A stretch of DNA of 64,000 nucleotides. Source: a virus. The notes below the pieces were generated by a model. The model was given only the letters and a program-made list of their open reading frames with translations, did not search any database and was not told where the DNA came from. A program made the translations under genes and the position numbers. Position 1 is the first letter of the stretch, and the number at the start of each line of letters is the position of its first letter. The stretch is taken from positions 1 to 64,000 of the IMG/VR virus record IMGVR_UViG_3300042518_001429. One strand, 5' to 3'. Positions 1 through 6,741 of the stretch are shown here, in pieces.

Positions 1-84
1 CGTTTTCCGTACGGTCCAATACCTAAAAGAGAAGTCTTAGAACAAGATTTCTTAAATAAAGCCCGAGAACTTAATCTCCTTTAG
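1..84 (+). CDS. 3' end of a CDS entering the window (...RFPYGPIPKREVLEQDFLNKARELNLL*)
   Basis: Frame 1 is open from base 1 to TAG at 82-84, followed by the late-promoter motif of the portal gene. Confidence 0.5.
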   Translation, partial: RFPYGPIPKREVLEQDFLNKARELNLL

Positions 85-91
85 ATTTAAT

Positions 92-97
92 TAAATA
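92..97 (+). promoter_or_regulatory. T4-like late promoter motif (TAAATA) of portal gene; representative of dozens of copies
   Basis: TAAATA/TATAAATA recurs just upstream of starts, e.g. 2010, 2414, 3347, 4377, 9441, 19436, 20631, 22985, 24565; matches the T4 gp55 consensus TATAAATA. Confidence 0.75.
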
Positions 98-107
98 ATA
101 CTATTAC

Positions 108-2012
108 ATGATTCATCAAGCTTACACTTACAATAATGCTATTCCGGGTAATACAACAGGACCGGTACAAGATCAGGCGTTTCCATCAACTACTTTATTA
201 GGGGCGTTTGTCTCCCGACTCCCATATGCTTATCAAATTTTGGACAGTTTAATGGAACGGAATCCTCGATTCCAAGACTTCCGTAAAGTAGCACCTAAGA
301 GAGAAGAGCTCATTCAAGATCAATCCGTCTTTTTAAATGACCCGGAATTGTCTTTTGGTTCCGGTCCCGGTACCCCAGGTGCTTTACAAATTAATAAAGA
401 CTACCAGGCCTTTATCTATGCTAATGTCGATAAGGATAAGACAAGACGTTTACAAGATTATCGCCGTATGGCAGCATTTGCAGAATTGGCTGATTGTATT
501 GACGAGATTTGCGATGAATGTATCGTTAAAGACGAGAATGATACCATTGTTCAGTTTAACTTAAGAGGCACTTATACCAAAGAGGTCAAAGATACAATTG
601 AAAAGGAATATAAGAAGTTTGTAGAGGTATTTGACTTAGAGGATAAGGGCTGGGAGTACTTCAGACAGTTTCTTATTGACGGGGAGTTATATTTTGAGAA
701 CATTATTGTAGAGGATAAGAAGGATCTAGGTATCATTGGTCTTGTTTCCATTCCTTCTGAACTTATCAATCCTGTTTATCAGAATGTTCAGAATGAATTA
801 GTCAAGGGCTTTTTAATTCGTAAGCCTGTTGTCGGTCCGGCTACATCGATGAATCGTAAGGATCAGGAAGAGCTATTCTTTATGAATAAGGCTCAGGTCA
901 CTTATATCAATTCTGGTATTTGGAATGAGTATAAGTCAATTCGTCTGCCCTTTATTGAAAATGCTAAAAGAGCTTATCGTCAGTTATCTCTTATTGAAGA
1001 TAGTATTGTTATCTATCGTCTTGTAAGAGCACCTGAGCGTCTAAGATTTACTATCTATACCGGTTCCATGCCGCCTCCCAAGGCTGAAGCTTATCTCAAG
1101 CGTCTCATGCAGTCTTATTGGTCAAAGAAGAACTATGACACCACACAAGGTTCAGGTGGAAGAGTTACTAACGTCTATGACCCACAGTCCATGCTTGATG
1201 CTTATTGGTTTACTAAAGACGCTCAAGGCAATGGCTCAACAGTAGATACCTTACCAGCAGGTCAGAACCTAGGACAGCTTGACGATCTCAATTACTTCCT
1301 TAAGAAGCTTTATAACTCTCTCAAAGTGCCTACCTCGCGCTTCATGCAGAATGATGTACCCTTTAAGGATGGTGCTGAGATTACAAGAGAAGAATTGAGA
1401 TTTGCTCGTTTCATTATTCGTATTCAGAGACAGTTTGCAATGGGTATTCGCGAGACCTTTATTGCACACCTGAAGATGAAGGGATTCTGGAAGCAGTATA
1501 GACTCCGTGAACGCTCTATTCAGTTAGAATTTAATGTTCCCACATCCTTCATGGCAATGAGGGACCAGCAGCTCTTACAGATCAAGTTTGATAATTTTAA
1601 TACTGCTACTCAGAACGCTTCTATCGCACCTTCTTATGCTCAGAAGTATTACATGCAGTGGTCTGATGAACAGATGAAAGAGAATAGAGAGTGGATTAAG
1701 AAGGATGCTGCTCTTCGTTGGGAACTAGCACAGATTGAAGGTTCAGGCCCTAACTGGAGAGAGCAGCTAGCAGCTCAGGCTGGCGTAGCACCAGAAGGTG
1801 GAGCAGCTCCTAGCGAGCTTGGCGGCGGTGGTGGCGGAAGTGCTGCAGGTGGTTCTGAGATTCCTGAGTTTGGCGGGTCAAGCGCGTCCCCAGAAGCAGG
1901 CGCTGAAGCTGGAGGAGCCGTAGGTGCTGAAGGCGGAGCAGGAGCTCCTCCAGAAGTAGGACCACCCACACAGGCAACCGGGGCTGGTACCCCAACACCA
2001 CCTCCAGCATAA
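108..2012 (+). CDS. gp20: T4-like portal vertex protein (gp20) with G/A/P/E-rich C-terminal tail
   Basis: gp20 motifs: YRRMA..E...IDEI, FLIDGELYF, QLSLIEDSIVIYRLVRAPER, AEAYLKRLM, TLPAGQNLGQLDDLNYFLKKLY.SLKVP.SR, EITREELRF. Confidence 0.97.
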   Translation: MIHQAYTYNNAIPGNTTGPVQDQAFPSTTLLGAFVSRLPYAYQILDSLMERNPRFQDFRKVAPKREELIQDQSVFLNDPELSFGSGPGTPGALQINKDYQAFIYANVDKDKTRRLQDYRRMAAFAELADCIDEICDECIVKDENDTIVQFNLRGTYTKEVKDTIEKEYKKFVEVFDLEDKGWEYFRQFLIDGELYFENIIVEDKKDLGIIGLVSIPSELINPVYQNVQNELVKGFLIRKPVVGPATSMNRKDQEELFFMNKAQVTYINSGIWNEYKSIRLPFIENAKRAYRQLSLIEDSIVIYRLVRAPERLRFTIYTGSMPPPKAEAYLKRLMQSYWSKKNYDTTQGSGGRVTNVYDPQSMLDAYWFTKDAQGNGSTVDTLPAGQNLGQLDDLNYFLKKLYNSLKVPTSRFMQNDVPFKDGAEITREELRFARFIIRIQRQFAMGIRETFIAHLKMKGFWKQYRLRERSIQLEFNVPTSFMAMRDQQLLQIKFDNFNTATQNASIAPSYAQKYYMQWSDEQMKENREWIKKDAALRWELAQIEGSGPNWREQLAAQAGVAPEGGAAPSELGGGGGGSAAGGSEIPEFGGSSASPEAGAEAGGAVGAEGGAGAPPEVGPPTQATGAGTPTPPPA

Positions 2013-2021
2013 ATATAATAT

Positions 2022-2399
2022 ATGGCAACACCGATTTTCACTACTACCCCAGCTTTAACAAGTACATATAATCCAGGAATGGCCGAGACCTTTTCTTGGA
2101 TTCCAATGGAAGGCGCCGGAAGACCTCTATTTGCTAAAGCAGCATATATTGTCGGTGGTGGTAGCGGGGCTGGTGGTGGTAACGGGTTTGATTTAGTATC
2201 TCCAACAGCCATTTCAACAGGTCCTTATTCTTCTATTCAAGTACTTTCAGCTTGTAGAATCTCAGGTTTAACAGCAACTAATGTTTCAACAGCTACTGTT
2301 CAGACATTAACTGCTATTGAGTTGCCAGTTAATTTTACCTTCTCAGCCGTTATTCAAGGTATTAGTTTAACTTACGGCCGGGTTCTTGCTTACAAGTAA
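2022..2399 (+). CDS. hypothetical virion-associated protein
   Basis: Own late promoter; N-terminal AETFSWIPMEGAGRPLFAKA motif shared with 32216..34186. Confidence 0.7.
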   Translation: MATPIFTTTPALTSTYNPGMAETFSWIPMEGAGRPLFAKAAYIVGGGSGAGGGNGFDLVSPTAISTGPYSSIQVLSACRISGLTATNVSTATVQTLTAIELPVNFTFSAVIQGISLTYGRVLAYK

Positions 2400-2426
2400 T
2401 AACGTTTATTCCATAAATATAGGTAT

Positions 2427-2765
2427 ATGACATACGATATACCTACAGCCAAAAGAGGTGATACTTGGGATGGTATTAATTCTATTTGTATAAGTGTCAA
2501 CGGAATACCAGCAAATTTAACAGGTGCTTCAATTAAAGCTGATTTTCGGCAAAAAGTAGATACACCAACAGTATTAACTCTTTCAACAAATAATGGAGGT
2601 ATTGTTATTACTAACCCTACAGGCGGTTTAATACAATTTCCACCTAAGAAGATCGAAATACCATTCGGCACTTATATATACGATCTTCAAGTTACATATC
2701 CTAATGGAGTTGTTAAAACATATTTTTCTGGTACCTGGACTATAACACCTGATATTACTGAATAA
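2427..2765 (+). CDS. Ig-like/BppU-N-like phage structural domain protein
   Basis: GDTW...NLTGA.I....R...YIYDLQVT..NG.VKT...G..TI.PDIT pattern typical of this phage Ig-like family. Confidence 0.65.
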   Translation: MTYDIPTAKRGDTWDGINSICISVNGIPANLTGASIKADFRQKVDTPTVLTLSTNNGGIVITNPTGGLIQFPPKKIEIPFGTYIYDLQVTYPNGVVKTYFSGTWTITPDITE

Positions 2766-2769
2766 TTGA

Positions 2770-3351
2770 ATGTCTGATTGTTTTTTTAACTACACTACTG
2801 CAACTGATCTTGTTACCTATTCTACAAATATAGGCGACGGGATTAATAATGTTTTTACTGTACCACACAATCTAGGTACTAAAGATGTTTCGGTTACAGT
2901 TAGAGATACACAGACCAATCTTTTAGCTTACCCGGCTATTGAAGTCATTACTTTAAGCTCGGTTAGTGTTTCGTTTAATTTTGTTCCTACTTTAACTGCT
3001 TATGACGTTACTATATTTGCAGCTGCTTCTGCAATTAGAGTCGAACCATTTACAGATCGGGTTGTTATTAACATTGATGAACAGCCAGCTCAGAACGTAA
3101 CTGTCAGTGTTAGCAGTGTTGGAGACAATGTAAATGTAAATGTTATAGACTTTTTATCTCAGTGGGGATCTATTATAGGCACGATATCTGCTCAAACTGA
3201 TCTCTGGGCTTATCTTTCTTCGGATAGCGATTTTCAAACTCTGTCTTATACTCCTTCTTCTATCCAAATTTCTATATCTAACGGCAACACAATTACTTTA
3301 GATAACTTAATAACTAAAACCCAGGCCCTTGCCTACTCAATTGCTCTATAA
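2770..3351 (+). CDS. putative tail/virion structural protein
   Basis: GDG....FTVPHNLGTKDVSVTVRD motif common in phage tail proteins. Confidence 0.6.
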   Translation: MSDCFFNYTTATDLVTYSTNIGDGINNVFTVPHNLGTKDVSVTVRDTQTNLLAYPAIEVITLSSVSVSFNFVPTLTAYDVTIFAAASAIRVEPFTDRVVINIDEQPAQNVTVSVSSVGDNVNVNVIDFLSQWGSIIGTISAQTDLWAYLSSDSDFQTLSYTPSSIQISISNGNTITLDNLITKTQALAYSIAL

Positions 3352-3361
3352 ATATTAAACA

Positions 3362-4381
3362 GTGAAGACTCTTGTAACAAATTATACATTTTCAGCCAGT
3401 GCAAAGCAAATTACACTTACAAACTACCCGTCTTTAAGGCTTGATCAGATTCTTCTTATAACCAACGTTACCGATAATGTTATAATTTATAATTTTGCTG
3501 ATCCTACAGCAGGTGGTACTCTTGCAGGAAATGTTCTTACTTTGTTGTATAACACTACCTCAATGTCAGATAGTGACCGGTTACAAATCTTTATTGATGA
3601 TTATACAGTACCTGCTACCGAAGCTTCTCTTACCGCAGTACAAGTTAAAATAGATAATACTAATGTTTTATTAAATGCTTTAACTGCTAAACAAGACACT
3701 TTTAACTTTGATATATCTTCGGTTAATGTAAATACAAATGAACTTGAAGGTTTAACAAGAACTGTTAATGCTAGTATTACAGCAACAAATAACAATTTAG
3801 TAACTTTTAATAGACAGCTTACAGGTCAAGTTTTAGCTTTTAATAATCAATTATCAGGTCAGGTACAAACTTTAAACACCCAGTTAACTGGGCAGCTCTT
3901 TACAATAAATCAAAATGTAAGTTCTACTAATCCCAGACTTTCTAGTATAGATACAAAGCTAACAACTCTTATAAATCAAACTGATGGCATAGAAGGCTCA
4001 GTAGATCAAATTGAAGGTTATATTAATGATGTTGAAAGTACTTTAACAAGTATTAGTAATAACACCATATATTTAAACTCTGCTGAATTCAGTCAAACTG
4101 TATCTCAATTAACAAGTAGTGTTTATATAGGGGAAGGAAGAATTTTTAGTATACAGGGTATTTCTTATGCTGGTTACGATCAGTACCTGCAAATTGAAGA
4201 TGCACCACAAGGCCCTGGAAGTCGTTTTACTCAATTAATAAAAGCAAATGAAAATTTTAATATTGAGTTTTCGAAAGGCTTTTACGGTGAAAATTTATAT
4301 GTTAGAAATAGTTTAACTCCAGTGACCCATACACCCGGTAATAATGATATAATGTTGACAGTGCATTGGCGAGGGATATAA
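3362..4381 (+). CDS. virion structural protein with central coiled coil
   Basis: N-terminal YTFSASAKQITL...ILLITNVTDNVIIYNFADP seen in T4-like structural proteins; heptad-like N.QLTGQ repeats; TATAAATA 7 nt upstream. Confidence 0.65.
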   Translation: MKTLVTNYTFSASAKQITLTNYPSLRLDQILLITNVTDNVIIYNFADPTAGGTLAGNVLTLLYNTTSMSDSDRLQIFIDDYTVPATEASLTAVQVKIDNTNVLLNALTAKQDTFNFDISSVNVNTNELEGLTRTVNASITATNNNLVTFNRQLTGQVLAFNNQLSGQVQTLNTQLTGQLFTINQNVSSTNPRLSSIDTKLTTLINQTDGIEGSVDQIEGYINDVESTLTSISNNTIYLNSAEFSQTVSQLTSSVYIGEGRIFSIQGISYAGYDQYLQIEDAPQGPGSRFTQLIKANENFNIEFSKGFYGENLYVRNSLTPVTHTPGNNDIMLTVHWRGI

Positions 4382-4391
4382 ATAACTAAAA

Positions 4392-5006
4392 ATGATTATA
4401 GACGAAAACAGACCAGAACCCAATGAAGGTAAAGTGACATACACTTATGATCACTTAGATCGTTTGCTTTATAGAAATGTTTATCAAGGAGATGTACCGC
4501 ATTTGAGGCAAACCAGTGAACGCAGTTATATCGGTTCTGGCGGAACAGGTAAATTAGCAGGTCAAAGAAAACCTAAAAAGCTTTTGTATCAAGACTATTA
4601 TACCTATAACAATAATGGCTTAAGATCAGTAAGAAGAATTTATCAACCTATTGTTGAAACTCCTTCATTTTCTCGAGATGAAAACGACTATCCAATATTA
4701 GCAACCAATATAATTTGTAAATCCCCAGTAATTGCTTCCGGATTTATGTGGATACAAGCAGGTGATTCCAATGAAGGAAAAATAAAATTAATGTACAAAG
4801 GTATGTATACAACTAATAAGTTTGTTATTGGTAATAACCCTATTCATTTAGAAGATGATGTTTATTTGTTTCGTTTTCTTGGTAGTAATGCAGTTGGCCC
4901 AATTACATACACTTTAAATAGTAATGCAACTTACTTTGTTAAAGCCTGGGCACAGGTTGAAACTGGAACTTTATTTTCTAAAACAATACAAATTGACGAA
5001 ATTTAA
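4392..5006 (+). CDS. hypothetical protein
   Basis: 204-aa ORF with TATAAATA 7 nt upstream. Confidence 0.7.
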   Translation: MIIDENRPEPNEGKVTYTYDHLDRLLYRNVYQGDVPHLRQTSERSYIGSGGTGKLAGQRKPKKLLYQDYYTYNNNGLRSVRRIYQPIVETPSFSRDENDYPILATNIICKSPVIASGFMWIQAGDSNEGKIKLMYKGMYTTNKFVIGNNPIHLEDDVYLFRFLGSNAVGPITYTLNSNATYFVKAWAQVETGTLFSKTIQIDEI

Positions 5007-5008
5007 CT

Positions 5009-6451
5009 ATGAACGACTCAAGATTATTTACAGACAGTGAATTAAGCCAACCTTTGCCTCCTATTTATAAGGGCAAGGATATAACTATTTGGCCTGGTCA
5101 GCTTGCCCAGTACCCTGCACATGGAAATAGAGGCATTAACGGGAGTTATATGTTAAAACAAGGCAGACCTAGAAGATCAGCTTTACGAAGATATGTTTTT
5201 AGATATGAAGGGGGCAAATTTGTTTATTTGGCTACAAGAAAAGGTCAAAGAAATGGAGGCTTTACTAGTAAAAATGCTGGCACTAATTTAAAAATACAAT
5301 TTAACGTTACTAATCAAGGAGAGTTGTTTAATTCTAATTTTACTTTTCGAGGCAAGAATACAGCTGGTGAAGACGTATGGTCTACTGGGCCTTTAAATCA
5401 GTTTCGTTATGACAGTGCAAATAGTAGATGGGTTTGGGAAACAGCTCCTGCCCCTGCAGCTGGTGCCCCTATGCCTGCTCTTAGCGCTAATGGTTTTTCC
5501 TCTTCAACAACAAACACTCTACCTAATGCAGGAACTATAAACGAGGTGTCTTGGACTTATATTTCTAATCCCTATACTACTCAAACACCTCAATTACCAG
5601 CTACCCTTGTTGCTACACCTATACAGTGGTATAACAACAATGACATAGAAAATCTTAACAAATGGCCTATTAAAAATAAAGATATGAACTATGGAGTTAG
5701 AAAGCATATGTTCTATCATAGATGGCAAGAACTAGACTATGATTATATAGAAGGCGTAAGATTTGATGGCTGGGATTATGGAAACGGTTTGTATATTAGA
5801 CAAGATAGAAATTCTAATTATTTTTATAGAGTAACAAGCATTGGCCCCAATATAGGCATGACTCTTTCTCAAGATGATTATCTTTACTGGGACAATACTC
5901 AGTGGTGTTTATATAATCAAACGGAAGTAGGAGGAGATTGTATTACTAATAATAATACACCTCAGATGTCAATGCATAATAATGATGGTGGACAACTATG
6001 GACTGATAATGGCTATGGTCTAGGTACAGCTTCAAAGCACTATGCCGTTAAACCTGAAGGTAGACCAGATTGTCTTACAGATGATTATCTTAATAAATGC
6101 TTTGCAGGAGTTAACCTTAAACACTATGATACAGTCTTTGTTGAAGTTATGTGGAAATTTGTTTCTAATAAAAATTATAAAAGAGGGGTAAATTATTTTG
6201 ATTCTGGTCTTTGGAATGTAGACTCCTATAAAGGTATGCTAAATTTTGGTATACCTCTTGACCAAATAAGTGATATGGATTGGTGGACACCTAGACCTTT
6301 TAGAACAAAAAGTAATAAAGGGAGAGTTTATAGAATAGGTATACTAGAAGAAGATACTGGTGTTGGCGGGTATGATAAAGTACTTTGGTGTCAAAGAACT
6401 AAAACAATTACTACTAAATATGATAGAGGAGGACATACAGCATTAGAATAA
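5009..6451 (+). CDS. hypothetical protein (W/N/Y-rich)
   Basis: 480-aa ORF, tightly packed in operon. Confidence 0.75.
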   Translation: MNDSRLFTDSELSQPLPPIYKGKDITIWPGQLAQYPAHGNRGINGSYMLKQGRPRRSALRRYVFRYEGGKFVYLATRKGQRNGGFTSKNAGTNLKIQFNVTNQGELFNSNFTFRGKNTAGEDVWSTGPLNQFRYDSANSRWVWETAPAPAAGAPMPALSANGFSSSTTNTLPNAGTINEVSWTYISNPYTTQTPQLPATLVATPIQWYNNNDIENLNKWPIKNKDMNYGVRKHMFYHRWQELDYDYIEGVRFDGWDYGNGLYIRQDRNSNYFYRVTSIGPNIGMTLSQDDYLYWDNTQWCLYNQTEVGGDCITNNNTPQMSMHNNDGGQLWTDNGYGLGTASKHYAVKPEGRPDCLTDDYLNKCFAGVNLKHYDTVFVEVMWKFVSNKNYKRGVNYFDSGLWNVDSYKGMLNFGIPLDQISDMDWWTPRPFRTKSNKGRVYRIGILEEDTGVGGYDKVLWCQRTKTITTKYDRGGHTALE

Positions 6452-6470
6452 AATAATATAAACAAACAAA

Positions 6471-6732
6471 GGCCCTAATCGGATGAATTCGGGGAAACCT
6501 TCCTCTGCGTTGTAGAGATGGCAATCCCGAGCCAAGCCATAAACCATTTTATGGAAGGTGTAGAGACTACTGGAGACAAAAAGGTTTGTCTTAATAACCA
6601 GCAAGAGCGTCCGACAAATAAAAAATATTTGAAGATATAGTCCAACCTGTAGTGAAAACTATAGAACATGTTGCGACGCCAGTACTTTATATAACAAGCC
6701 ACGCGAGTGGGCAGGCTCGGTTCACAAGGGTC
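6471..6732 (+). ncRNA. group I intron-type ribozyme (has P7.1, IA-like), apparently permuted: guide sequence first, 5' splice-site strand last
   Basis: P3 TCGGATG 6479-85/CGTCCGA 6608-14; P4 TTCGGG 6488-93/CCCGAG 6526-31; P5 CTCTGC/GTAGAG; P6a CCATAAA/TTTATGG; P7 G-A-GACTA 6563-69/TAGTCC 6638-43; P7.1 CTGG-AGACAAA/TTTGTCT-CCAG; P8 CAAATA/TATTTG; J8/7 AAGATA; P9 CTGTAGT-GAAA-ACTATAG; P9.0 AAC 6644-46/GTT 6670-72 then omega-G 6673; P1 GGCCCT 6471-76/AGGGTC 6727-32 with G6472.U6731 wobble. Confidence 0.88.
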
Positions 6733-6741
6733 AAACAACAT

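Noticed and set aside
1775-2009. GC-rich patch at the end of the portal gene as foreign DNA
   Set aside because: Explained by the Gly/Ala/Pro/Glu low-complexity protein tail.
6185-6673. Conventional cis-intron fusing 5009..6451 to the 6742 ORF
   Set aside because: The nearest upstream guide-complementary site I found (GGGGT 6185-89) would join out of frame and needs a ~280-nt P1 loop. AGGGT at 4155-59 is also out of frame. The downstream AGGGTC is a better match. Trans-splicing to another RNA is not excluded.
6695-6732. Twister or other small self-cleaving ribozyme in the predicted circle
   Set aside because: Only a superficial GGUU.ACAAG resemblance; I could not build the required stems and pseudoknots.
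6475-6741. 88-aa minus-strand ORF and GTG start at 6652
   Set aside because: Both overlap the ribozyme core; the GTG sits in the P9 hairpin. ATG 6742 has a leader like other head and structural genes.
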